DNA of 64,000 nucleotides from the human T2T-CHM13v2.0 reference genome, Homo sapiens: assembly GCF_009914755.1 (NCBI RefSeq), contig NC_060926.1, one strand, 5' to 3'. The notes beneath the pieces were generated by a model, which was given only the letters and a program-made list of their open reading frames with translations, was not told the DNA's origin and searched no databases. Position numbers and translations under genes: made by a program. Positions 29,281 to 43,601 of the stretch are shown here, piece after piece. Every line of letters starts with the position of its first letter. The stretch's first letter is position 1.

Positions 29281-31591
29281 AATGACTCAACTCTGAGGAG
29301 TGGTTTTATTTCACTTACCATACCCAAATCCATAAAAAAACCACATGAACAGTACACACATTTAACCAACTCATTAAAAACAAAACATATCCTCTTTAGA
29401 TAGAGGCCTTTTATTTTTCTACTTTGAACACGCTAGTATTTTATTTCTTGAAAGCCCAATATATGCAACAAGCTCCCTGATATACTGTTAATTCCAAGTC
29501 ATGGTTCTGAAGGGTGGTCAGATGGCTTTTTTTCTTTTTCCATCACACTCTGTCTGGAACCTATCATTTTAGTGTTTTCCAGGTCACTGATTAAGAAAAC
29601 AAAGGCTTAATAGCAGAAATATATTAATATTCATAAAATTCTGGTTACAACTTATTCATTTAAACACCATTTTTATTTTTTCCAAGCTTGACACTTCACT
29701 CTATGGTTTTCTGATATAACTGGATAGCATAGAGCATCTTATGATTTATTTCTTCCAAACAATTTTTCTTCACGTTTTTTTCCATGTTCCTTTCAGTCAA
29801 TATATAGCTATTTCATAAATTACTTGCTAGATATAAGCATAAATTCTTACAAAGTATATATATACATATATAAATACATATAATATCTACTATTTGATAC
29901 AATGGCAAATAATTCTACTTATAGATTAGTCAATTTCTATGTATTTACCATCAGCCCATCTTTATCCAAAACACTAATATGCTGTTTATATTTGACATTT
30001 CTTTTTTCTGGACTTATTTTTTTCTTTCTGAATCAGCTTTTATAAGAAGGAAAAGTTAATAAGCTCAAAGATTCAAATTAAAAGGTGACACAAAGTGTAC
30101 AATAATGAGTGTGCATTAGTTATTCTGTAATTTATATTCAAAATTGGAGAGATAATTTGCAAACACCTCATAATAAATCCTGAGCTAACAGAAACATTTG
30201 TCAGATTTTTCTCTCACTTTCCTTTCTGTGGTATGCAGATGTTCAGTTTCAAATTAGTCAGATTTTCATAGTTCTTTCTATACTGCTTTCCTTCTTTGAT
30301 TTCATTTTGAAAAATAGAACAAAAAGCAAGCAAATTAAAATTCATAGGTAGGAAGTCGAGTTTGCAAAGATATTCTTTATTTTTTCTCTCTTTTTTACCT
30401 TTCCCTAATTCTTTCCAATTAATAAATTTTTAAATAATTTTAGTCTTTCTTAAAATGACTAAACAGTAAGAATATTTTTATGACCTCCAACTTATTTCCT
30501 AAGGTTAAATACCACATTTGTGCCACTATCTGACATTCTTTTTAGACTTGCAAATTCATCATATCCCAAAACAATGCTTTATCCCAATTTTGTATTTATG
30601 TCTAAGATATGTCAATGTATCAGTTTCACTTTTTATAGTCACTGAAACTCTACATCTAGTTACTCACTGAGTCTTTCAGATTCTCTTCACCACATATGTT
30701 GCTATTTCTCTAGTGCATTAACTGTTAGCTCATTCAATAGCTCATTCTGTCTCCCACAGTAGAATCTATTCTGTAGCTTCCACATGGTTCAGCTTTCTAA
30801 AAACTAGCTCTACGTATATCATTTGCTTGTTGAAAACTTGTAAGAGCTCTTTATTTTGTATAAAGTCGGGTACAAATTCAGTCTAATGCTTGAGGTGTTC
30901 CATTCCCAGAACCCTAATCTATTTTTTGTTTTCCAAATATTTCACATCATGAAATCTTTCTTCCTCCCTCCAACATCTCACAAAATTTGCCCTCTAGGTT
31001 TAAATAATTCATTCTCTCTGTAACATGTTTCTCCCATTTTTTTTTGATGGGGAGATTCTGTCCATGTTTTGAGCATTGCCTGACACTCCTTTTATTTCTA
31101 TGAAGTCATTATACATCACCTCTAGTCATGAACTCTCTAAACCATAACATTTTGACCTCTTTTATGTCACTTGCTAATATAGTTAGATTTCATATTCCAG
31201 GGGACAGGGGACGATATTAATTTAGGAGACGGGAAACATGTATACTTACTCATACAGTGGACAGAAAGGGAAAAGGATCAAATTTTCTGTCCTCCACACT
31301 TTCCCACTGCTTGTAACAGAGCAAGATAGTCAGGTACCAGGTATCCCTCTTGGAATCAATGTGACTGACAATAATTGTTCAGCTAGTGCCATTTTTTCAG
31401 ACTATTCTAAACATGACTGGTTATATCAATGAGCTTTTTCTGCATAGCAGATCATCTGAACACTTAGTGGCACAGTACAACCATTAATTTAGCTCATGAC
31501 TCTGTGGGATGGCAATTTGGACTTGGCTCGGCTATGTAGTTCTTCTAGTCTTAGCATTTGCTAGTTTGGCTGAGAGCTAGCAGGTCTAGGG

Positions 31592-33393
31592 CAGTGGTCC
31601 CCAATGTTTCTGGAACCAGGAACCAGTTTTGTGGATTAAATTTTTTCCACGAACCAAGGGTAGGGGGTGATGATTTTGGGATGATTCAAGTGCATTATAT
31701 TTATTTCCATTGTTATTACGTTGTCATATACAATGAGATAATTGTACAACTCACCATAATGTAGAATCAGTGGGAGCCCTGAGCTGCTTGTCTTGCAACT
31801 AGACAGTCCCATCTTGTGGTGATGGGAGACAGTGATATCTGATGTGTGTTGCTTATGTCCAGTGTACTCTATAGTCTCGTTTTGGTTGTCATCACTGCAG
31901 AAAACTTTGCTTCACAAGTTAGGATGTTGGAAATAAAAGCAGGCTTTTGTGACATCTCAGGATATTCTGCCTTGACTAATTCAGATCATATGGATATTTG
32001 AAGTCTCAAACCTCCTTTTAAGGCCACCATCATTTGCAATCTCAAGCACTTGACCCTCTTCTAGCACAGAAAAAGTCAATTCACCTGGCTTATTCACAAA
32101 TGGGTTGCAGAGCCATTCCTTCCCATTTCAGGGGTCTTTTGTGGTTGAGAAGTAATGCTCAAGCTGTTTTGAAAGCTGAGATAGATGAAAACTCAGAAGT
32201 AATGCTCAAATTCTTTTGAAAGTTGTCTGAAACCTACTTTTAAGGTCACCATCGTTTGCAATCTCAAGCAGTTGACCCTCTTCTAGCACAGAAAAAGTCG
32301 ATTCACCTGGCTTATTCACAAATGGGTTGCAGAGTCATTCCTTCCCAGTTCAGGGGTCTTCTGTGGTTGAGAAGTAATGCCCAAACTCTTTTGAAAGCTG
32401 AGATAGGTGATCATGCACCAGCTGATGGAAAGAAGGCCCTGGCTCAGTCTCTGAAAATTTCTGCTAATGTTTGAAACATGTCAAAAATCTCAGTGTTCAC
32501 TCGTCACCCCCAGTTTAGCTTTGAATGCAGCCACTTTATTTGCTGACTCAAATACAGTTGTCATTCTCCCCTGAAGTGACAGATTGAGTTTGTTGAGCAG
32601 GTTGAATATCTCACACAAAAGTAAGCAAGTTTTGCATCCCATTCTGTGTGACTGAAGTGTGCTGCCAGCGGTGACTGCTTTTCTAAAAGAAATCTCTGGA
32701 GCAACTCTCGTAACTCAAAAACGCTGACCAGCGATTGACCTTTAGAAAGCCATCTCACTTCTGTGAGAAGATGTGTGTGCTCTGTTTCCATCTCTTCACA
32801 GAGCTGCACGAGCAGACATGAGTTAAGGGCATGTACTTTAATGTGGTTGATAATTTTAATCACATCCTGCAAAATGCTGTTAAGTTCAGGTGACATATTT
32901 TGGCTAGCCAGCAATTCTCTATGGATGACACAGTGCATAGACTCATATTCAGAAGTGACCTCTTTGACCCGAGTAGCGAAATCAGACAGCCATCCAGTCA
33001 TGGCAGCTGCTACATCCATACATGTACCAACACAAAATGACCATTTCAGTTTTCCTGCTATGTAATCATTCAAAGACTTGAATAGTTTTGCAGTTGTGGT
33101 GTTGGTTGGCAACAAACGTGTACATAACATATCATCATGCACATCCTCCCGAAAAATACATTGTACAAAACAAGTGTTGTTGCCTTGTTGTCAACATTGG
33201 TAGACTCCTCGACCTGGATTGCATACCACGGTGATTCAGGAGGCAGAGCTCAGAAGGTAATATGAGCGATGGGGAGTGGCTGTAAATACAGATGAAGCTT
33301 CGCTCACTTGCCGCTCACCTCCTGCTGTGTGGCCATGTTCTTAACAGGCCATGGACCAGTACAGGTCTGTGGTCCAGGGGTTGGAGACCCCTG
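31592..33393 (-). mobile_element. Charlie3/MER1 hAT DNA transposon, internally deleted, with transposase remnant
   Basis: TIRs cagtggtccccaa...ttggagacccctg; degenerate TCTAG-type target (gtctaggg / gtctttag); ORF 32561-33142 carries hAT/Buster-type motifs DxAAAMTG, HCVIHRE and TEVRWLSKG. Confidence 0.9.
32003..32406. repeat. Direct duplication (2 x 182 bp, 222-bp offset) inside Charlie3
   Basis: 32003-32184 and 32225-32406 align end to end; the ORF track shows near-identical peptides at 32034 and 32256. Confidence 0.95.
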
Positions 33394-36215
33394 GTCTTTA
33401 GAGCCTCAGTTGGTGATTTACTTCTTATCTACATGGTCTCCCATCTTTCACCAAGCATCACCAGGTCCCCCCATGGCAACTGAGCAGGATGTCAGAATAG
33501 TAAGCAGAAACCAGCCATTCTTCTTGATGCCTAGGCTCAAAATGGACACACCATTGCTCTTACCTCAGTCTGTTCACAGGAGAATCTCTATAATCACATT
33601 ACAAGGGGAAATGGGCTACTTGCTATGCAGGGTTCTCAGATTCAATTATTATTATTATTATTTTCAACAGCTCAAAAAAAAAAAAAAAGATTTACACTTT
33701 TGATTTCCCTCCTTAGAGCTCAGTGTTCTCACAGACCTTTCCCAGTTCAGCCATGACTATCGGAAGCTGGTTCCAGCCTCCCTGATGGCTCTCTTCCAGT
33801 GTTCCTGTCAGTAACATTGAGAGAATTACTTTAATTAACTTGTTTGTTCCTCAGGCTTATTCAGAGAAATGGGAGTATGGGAGTTAATTAACTAGTACAT
33901 TTTAAAGGTACAGCCCTTGTCTGCACTTTTTGAATATGCGATTAAAGTCAAATAGTTTGGAAGAAATAAGTCATAGGATAATATACATTAATATTATCCA
34001 GTTACATCAGAAAACTAACTGCTTTTTCTTATTTATGTGGAAAAGTTTTTAAATATGAGAAACTATAACCTTTAGTGATGAATCTAAAATTACCTTCATT
34101 TCATCTAATCAAACAATTAGCAACAAATGCATATTTATATTTAGTTAATTTTCTTCCAAGACATATAATCATAGCAATTTATATATTTTTTAAAAATTTC
34201 CCATGTTGATGGGTATGGGGAGTCTCAACATAAGAGGCTGAATTGGGAAAGGGACTAGAACAGGCACAGGGTCCATGAGGGTAGGAGTGTTTCCTGAACT
34301 CTTAGGGGAGACATTTGAGGGAATCTATTAGGTATGTACAGCGTGAAAGAATCCAGAGGGCCATTCAAATAAGTAGGAGTCAAGAAGGGAGTAATCATTC
34401 CACACAGTACATAAAATGCAGAGAATAATGGAAGGTCACACAGAAAGAGATTCCAATCTGGACTGGGGAGAGGAGATGACCCAAGAAATCAGGATAGTAA
34501 GATCTTTGTACAAATATTTTGGGTTTTGCTAACCATAGAGAGTGACCGGGATATGGTACTAACAACTGATCAGGATAAAGTAGAAAGAACTTGGAGGCAC
34601 AATTTCTGTGATTTGGGACAAAACAGAACACTAAATGGAAACCCATAGCTAACCAATTGAGTGCCAAATGATGGTTCTAATGGGAAACAATGCCTGTAGA
34701 TAGAGACCTTCAATGTAAAAGATAAAGCCAGGGAAGAGTGTTGGAGGAATTACTTTAGTTATCTGTATATATGCTTTATTTAAATAAATAATTATAAACT
34801 CTTAAGTGTATTGAGCATATTTTAAATTACTGTTTTAGTCACAAAGTCTAGACAGTGTTTTGACTCTCATATAGATGTCCAGTAAATATCTAGGTAGAGC
34901 AAGAACTGTTATTTTGCCAGAAACAGAGATATATAACCCAAATACCACTTCAACAAAGGATCCAGTGTCCAGCTGCAAGAAGCGTACTTAGATAAAAGCC
35001 TCTAGCCCTTGTCTCCTTAAGCTTTTGAGCCAAGGTCAAGTTTTTCTGGGACAGCTAGCCCAGAGTAAGGCAATGATGCAACTGCTTAACCATTTCTGCC
35101 CAGTGAGAACTCCTCTAAAAGATCACCTTTATTTAGGAACTCTCTGTTGAGCTAGAAGAGTTTTTAACACGTGGATATCATTTTTTAAAATAGTTTCCTC
35201 TGCCAACCCTTCTTCCTTACTTTTTGACACACATTACTCCTTAATCACCATTTTCATTCCTGTCTCAAAAACTTCTATACAGACAATACTACTGGTGCAG
35301 TTACTTATATAGTTTTGTTGTGTCCATATGCTTCAGACAAGATTCTTTACACTGCCATTTTTGGGGTCCTTGATGAAGATGTTGTATTACCAGATGAATT
35401 GCCATGCTACTAATTGCTTCAGTTCTGATTGTTTATGATATTTAACCAGTATATTATAATATGAATTATTTGTGGCAGCCAAGTGGCTCATTTGTTATCA
35501 TAAATTTTGGGAGAATAGAAGAAGAAGGTAAAGATTATGAAGGTACTTGAAAAATTACACACATGAAAGAACTGCTAGATTCTTGAATAACAGTAATAAC
35601 AAGAAAGCTATAACTACTGAAACTCAGAAACCATCCAGTTCTTCATTCTTGTTCCCAAATCCCATCTTGACATCCAGATCATCTTTTTCTAAACACATAT
35701 TGAAATATCTTCCTATTCCCATTCTTTTTTCAGTATATGATCACAGTACAACCTGGATAGAGTAAATGGAAGAAAACCAAAAAAGTAGGTAATATGAGTG
35801 AGTGCTAAATAACTAACTGTTACTGGCATAAGTAACCGCAAAGAACTTGAATAAGATAAGCAGAATGGGTGTGAATGTCCATTGCAGTGATGATGGTAGT
35901 AAGGCAGAGTGGAAAGCTGACAGAGGGAAGAGGTAGAGAAAATCATGAAACATTAAGAGCAAGTATTCAGATTAAGGTTTAAAATTCACAAGAGCTGATA
36001 GAAATTAGAATCCTATCTATTTTTTTTTGGTCATAAAAAGTGAATTTTCACTAGAAATGAAGCTGTCAGTATGTGTCATCTTTCAATTTAATAAGCACTG
36101 ATACATTTTCACCTTGTCCTCACCCAACCTCTATTATCTATCTATCTATCTATTGAACATCATCATACAAGGCAGAAACAAAATCCTCATTTTATGATGT
36201 GGCCTAATATGCATA

Positions 36216-36562
36216 TGTCTTAGTCAGTTTGGGCTGCTAAAATAAAGTACCATAGACTGGGTAGCTTACAAAAACAAAAAGACATCCCTCACAGTTTGGG
36301 AGGCTGGAAGTTAGAGATCATAATCAGGTTCTGGTGAGGCTCCTCTTCCAAGTTGCAGACTACTTTTTCCCATTATCTCCTCATATGACAGAAAGGGGAT
36401 GAGAGAGCTCTCTAATGTCGCTTTTAAAAGCACTCATCCCACTCCTGAGGGCTCCATCCTCATGACCTAATTACCTTCCAAAGCCTCACCTTGCAATACC
36501 ATCACATTGAAGGTCAGGATTTCAACATATGAATTATGGGGGGATATAAACATTCACTCCAT
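36216..36562 (-). mobile_element. MaLR LTR (MLT1A-like); terminal bases displaced to about 38079-38098 by an L1 insertion
   Basis: tgtcttagtcagtttgggctgct...taccatagactgggtagctta...gatttcaacatatgaatt..ggggga..aaacattca. Confidence 0.85.
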
Positions 36563-38078
<1,516 letters not shown>

Positions 38079-41000
38079 TAAACATTCAATTCATTGCAAC
38101 ATGATTAAAATATAATCTAAAAAATCTTAAATTATGGCATTCACAAAGGACTAAGATTTGACCCATTCATGCTGTATATCACCCATCCACCTCTTCACCT
38201 AATCATTTTTGCACATATTTGACAATTATATTGTGTTCCATGATATCTCAAGTTCTATGTATGCAAATGTTCTTAATTTAATGTTCAGGGAGTAAGATAT
38301 TTTCAGTGACATATCTACATTTTAATTTGCCTAAAAGAAATGTCCATATCTGTGATTTTAATGTCAACATAGAATGATTTTGGGATTTACTATGCTTCTT
38401 GAAAACCAAAGCAATGTTGTGATCCATTTGGATGTTTACTAAGAAAATATGAAAAACTGAAAAGACTTACAATCAATGAGAATTTTTATAAACTTTAGCT
38501 AAAATATGTTGTAAGAAAACTCAGATTATCCTGTAATAAAAATAGAAGTTTTCAACATAGCTCTTACTTGAAAAGAAAGAAAAAAGATATCACACACAAC
38601 TTCTTTGATAAGAACCTTAAGAATTACATTTTTTTTAAGAAACCATCACAAGTTTGGACTCATTTCAATTTAAGATGAACTAGATATATTGGACATGTGT
38701 TTCTAAGTTTGGAACATCATGCCTAGAAGGTCCCTGAATACATGAAAATACTACATTCTTGAAAATGTTTCCTGAGCACTTGGAAATAGCCACACAGTTA
38801 ACACATGCTAACACACAGTTAACACATATATGGCTTCATATAAGTAAAAAGAAAACCATGAAATGAGTTACTCTGGAAACCCGTACAGATCCAAAATATG
38901 TATTCAAAATGTCCTAAAATTACTACTGTATACTTTTTTCTTGTGCTGTTTGAGCACATCACTGATACACTGGGGTTGATTTCAAGACAAGCAACTGCCA
39001 TGCTTGTCCGTGAAAGGTGTTTCAATACCACCTTCAGGGACAGAATGAGGATTTCAGAAGATCATTTAACTGATCCATGATTTTTGCTTCTATGATTTTA
39101 AACGGAGATCCGGGTGCCAGAAAACCCAGGTTTTAAACTCTATTAAGTTAAATATGTTATAAACAAATCTTAATGTTAATAAAAAATCCAAAAATAATTA
39201 GAGATGTAAGATTCAGTCCATATAGATAGCTGTCTTAAAAAATAAGATTTTGTTAATGATGAATTATCTTTATGAATTATTTTTACTTGAATGGGTTACT
39301 CGAAGCAAATAAAGTAATGGCCTTGTACTTAGAGGTCAATTGATGTCATTGGCTTAATGAATGAACCCTGTTCAATTATAAGGGGTCTAAAGTATGAAAT
39401 TCTTCACCTCTTCGTAAAAACAGATTTTTGATACCTAGGCTATGCATTTTTTAAAAAAATATTAAATCTGGTTTGGCGGATACTACTATTATTTACTTTA
39501 CATGGAACAATGTTCTTATGTGAAATCTGCACTAGGAGATGAATCAAACTTGGCACATTCTGCCAAACAATGAGCTGGACATAGTAACAATTATGTCCCA
39601 TCTCAGTCAAAAAGTCTGTAATGGGAAACTCTTCCATCATAAATCTGGTCGCATTAAAGTGATTTTTGTAAAGAAGAAATGACAAATATTTATCTAGGTC
39701 TTTTTACAATCTTCAAACTGTCATCTCTTTTTTAGATATAGCCATCAAAAGAAAAAGAAGCCTTGTTACTCTCCATCCACATCATAATAACAGCACTGAA
39801 GTTTGCAGGATATTTAGCATCTTAGATGTGGGCCTTTTTATCAATGTCCCTTTAGTATACAATTTAATGCATAAAGAGCTTCTAAAAATTCAACTAGTGA
39901 TGCTAAATAAAATGATCACATATTTTAAGAATAGAAATTAAATAAGAGGAACATGTCTTAAATATATATGGTAAGATTTTCTAAGATTCAACAAAGCTTT
40001 TACTCATAGGTTAGTTTAAGCAAATCGTATAGCTTGGTATTCATGAATACACAGTCATTTTATGAAAAAATGCATTCTTGTTTACAAAGACGATAACTGA
40101 AATAAAAATGGAATAATCATTTTAATTGATTATTGAAAAATAAGTCAAAAAGGAGGATACCATTTGGGTACTTTATTAATCATTCTTTTTTTGGATTTGG
40201 ATGAGTTGTAAGCTGCTCAGTTGAGTTAACTTAATTAGGAGTGCTCTCAGATATCATAAATCTCTTCATTTTAAGTGCATCATTAATTTTATGACAAAAT
40301 TAACCCAACACCATTAGAGCAACGGCAAATCTTGACATATTTTTTTTTCTTAGACTGTTCTAGTTGATGTTTGATGGGGTCCACAAACAATTTTAACAGT
40401 TCGCTAAGTTTTAATCCTGAGCCTACTATAGATGATGGGATCTTAGGATCAGTGGTGACATTATCATTGCCATTGCTTTGTGGGGATAGTCAATGAATAA
40501 CACAGCCTGCTGTAATACACGAAACCTTTCCTGACTGCATAGAACCATCCTTGATGTGTTCACTCTAATAGGGGAAGATTGCTGTCAGCTTTCTGCTTGC
40601 AGTGTTCTTATAACCTTGCATATTTAATTGTAATTGAGAGTCAAGTAACTTCTACAGGGTGTGCATGTTAATTAGTTATCAAATGAATAGGGAGGCTGTT
40701 TGTCTAGATTTTCTTCCTTTGTACTAATTAACTGAGAGTCAAGGATCAGGATCCTGTCTTGCAGAGTCCATTGAAGATATTTATTTCTAATAGTTATATA
40801 TATCCACCTACAAGTAAAGGATTCAGAGTTCATTTTACTTTCTAATGTATGCCATTTATAGGAATGCAGTAGGCATAGTCCTATAATAATGATGACAAGA
40901 CAAATATTTAAAACAATTTATGTTTTCTATTGAAATCTTTAAAGTGAATAAAAGTGCATTATTTTCAAAATCAATAGGCAGGCAGAGGATAAATATTTAG

Positions 41001-41266
41001 GCAATGATTATATTTTAATTGAATTTTGACAAAAATTATGTTACTGGAAAATGGTCCCAATCCAGACCCCGAGAGAGGGTTCTTGGATCTCACGCAAGAA
41101 AGAATTTGGGGCAAGTCCATAAAGTGAAAGCGAGTTTATTAAGAAAGTAAAAGAATAAAGGAATGGCTACTCCATAGGCCGAGCAGCAGCATGGGCCACT
41201 CAGTTGCTTATACTTATTGTTACTTTTTGATTATATGCTAAACAAGGGGTGGATTATTCATGAGTT

Positions 41267-41296
41267 TTCTGAGAAAGGGGTGGGCAATTCCTGGAA
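41267..41296. promoter_or_regulatory. Tandem GAS (STAT-binding, TTCNNNGAA) motifs in MER41B
   Basis: TTCTGAGAA at 41267-41275 and TTCCTGGAA at 41288-41296; activity not shown. Confidence 0.5.
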
Positions 41297-41389
41297 CTGA
41301 GGGTTCCTCCCCTTTTTAGACCATAAAAGGGTAATTTCCTGACATTGTCATGGCATTCATAAACTGTCATGGTGCTGGTGGGAGTGTAT

Positions 41390-41694
41390 TTTTTGTTTTG
41401 TTTTGTTTTTGTTTTTTTCCGAGATGAAGTCTTGCTGTGTCACTGAGGCTGGAGTGCAGTGCTACAATCTCAGCTCACTGCAACCTCTGCCTCCCGAGTT
41501 AAAGCAATTCTCCTGCCTCAGCCTCTGGAGGAGCTGGGATTACAGCCACAGGCCACCACGCCCGGCTAATTTTTGTATTTGTAGTAGAGACGGGGTTTCA
41601 CTGTTTTGGCCAGGCTGGTCTCAAACTCACCCACCTCGGCCTCCCAAAGTGCTGGGATGGGATGGGATTACAGGTGTGAGCCACTGCACCCAGC
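41390..41694 (-). mobile_element. Alu (AluS-type) nested in MER41B
   Basis: Reverse Alu with (TTTTG)n tail, a short left-arm deletion and a GGGAT triplication; TSD tggtgggagtgt / tggtgagagtgt. Confidence 0.93.
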
Positions 41695-43266
41695 TGGTGA
41701 GAGTGTTTTTCAGCATGTGAATGCATTATAACTAGTGTATAACGAGAAGTGAGGTCGACCAGAGGTCACTCTCCTCACTATCTTGGTTCTGGTGGGTTTT
41801 GGCTGGCTTCTTTACTGCAAACTGTTTTATTAGCAAGGTCTTTATGACCTGTATCTTGTGCCAACCTCCTGTCTCATCCTGTGGCTAAGAATGCCTTAAC
41901 CTCCTGGGAATGCAGCCCAGTAGGTCTCAGCCGTATTTTACCCAGCCCCTATTAAAGATGGAGTAACTCTGGCTCAAACACCTCTGACAATTATATTAAA
42001 AATAAACGATAATTCAGGATTTGAGAATTCCATAGAAAATAAATAAAATGTAAAATTGAGGCAGTATTCTGAATGCCTCAAATACTTTTGCATCTAAGCA
42101 TCTAAAATAAAAATATTTAGGCAAAAACTATTTTCAGTTTTATGCTTTGCCTTTTGCTAGTATAGCAATACCCAAATAATTGGTTACAGTAATGTCAGTC
42201 TTGCAAATAATTTTAAAATTCGTAAAACTGAAAATATGTTTTCAGTCAATAGAGTTTGTATTGGCCATAACTGTATTTCCTAAACATATAGTGACCCTCC
42301 CCATGCTATTGTGTAATTCTAAAAAATGTGTGATGATCAAAGTCCCTGAAAGAGAGTAAAATTAATTCTGGGGTAACAATGAATGCATATTGCTGTTCTT
42401 TGAGCATAAAAGCAAACTTTTGACTGGTCTTCAGATGAGGATCAAAAAGAATGCATTTGCCAAACTGTAGCTTGCAAACCAATTGCCATCGCCTATGCTA
42501 ATTTATTCCTATAACGATATCACAGCTGGCAAAATGTTGCAGTTACAGCTGCAACTCAGTTAAGTTTATAGTAGCCCACTGCCATCTGCCACAATACCTC
42601 TCTCTCTCTCTCTTTAGCAAATGGTTTTAGATAGGGACTATCACGATATCCTTTACATCTTTGATTTTGGTACTAATATCTGTAATTCCTCTACGAAAGT
42701 GTTATTGCTTCTGATCTATTTTGGCTAGAGGATAGGTAAGTTTTAGGAGTTTCCACTTAAACCCATAATCACTTTTCCTCCACAAATCAAAGAATTTGTG
42801 TCTGAGTTCTATCAGGTGTTACATATATGTATCTCAATTGTGGCTTGAAGGGTTAGGGAATAACTTCTGGGTGCGTATTTTAAGGCGCTAAATTCACTAT
42901 GAGATAAACTTGGGTCTGGACTTCATTTATAACATTACCTTCTAAACAGGGGACATGATGATTTTGAAAAACTTTGTTATCCCCATCAATGTGGATACTA
43001 TATCCAAAGACCTTCAAAAGTTCTGAGTATTTCTGTTTTCCATTACAAAGTTAGTCCAGTAATTGGCATAATTCTCGTGGAAAATGATTGAGTGAATATG
43101 TTTGCTTCCTCGAGGCATTTGGTTGTATTTTCAATTATTGGGTTCTTGGACTGTGAACTGGCTTAGATTTTGAAACTGGGTAAGGAATAATGATATGTGT
43201 TTTCATGGCTGTAGATGATGTAAATCTATTTGCCACCTGTAGATTTTTCTGGTTGAAATGCAAGTA

Positions 43267-43601
43267 GAGTCAGCCTTCCAGGTCTGTAGGTTTCACTTCT
43301 GTGGATTCAACCAACTTCAGATTGAAAACTTTTTGGAAAACAGAAAATTACGTCTATAATGAATATATACTGATTTTTTTGTCATTATTCCCTAAACAGT
43401 ACAGTGTAACAACTACTTACATAGCATTTATATTGTATTAGGTATTATAAATGACTTAGAAATGATTTAAAGTATATGAGAGGATGTATAGGTTATAGGC
43501 AAACATTACCGCATTTCATATCAGGGACTTGAGCAACTGAGGATTTTGGTATTTGCAGCGGTCCTGAAACCAATCCCCCCATGGATACTGGGGGGTGACT
43601 A
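43267..43601 (-). mobile_element. MER2 (Tigger-family non-autonomous DNA transposon)
   Basis: gtggattcaaccaac, atagcatttatattgtattaggtattataa, cagggacttgagca...ggattttggtat...ccaatccccccatggatac; TA on both flanks. Confidence 0.9.

Larger units (their letters stand above)
31420..33620 (-). mobile_element. Old MLT1-type LTR split by the Charlie3 insertion
   Basis: Reverse MLT1 motifs acttagtggc...tagctcatgactctgtgggatggcaatttgg left of 31592 continue right of 33393 (catggcaactgagc...gcctaggctcaaaatggacac). Confidence 0.5.
41039..41989 (-). mobile_element. MER41B-like ERV1 solo LTR, interrupted by an Alu
   Basis: Minus strand begins TGTCAGAGGTGTTTGAGCCAGAGTTACTCCATCTT and ends GGGACCATTTTCCAGTAACA; 4-bp TSD atta at 41035-41038 and 41990-41993. 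Confidence 0.9.

Noticed and set aside
32003-32406. CRISPR-like or other repeat-spacer array
   Set aside because: Only two long copies inside a eukaryotic transposon; no regular repeat-spacer structure.
32561-33142. 193-aa hAT transposase-like ORF as a domesticated ZBED/Buster-type gene
   Set aside because: It lies between MER1/Charlie3 TIRs in an internally deleted copy, starts with GTG and drifts out of frame at its C-terminus.
34900-35950. Possible LTR16/ERVL remnants (also near 45030-45420 and 12720-13120)
   Set aside because: Too diverged to support a family or boundaries by eye.
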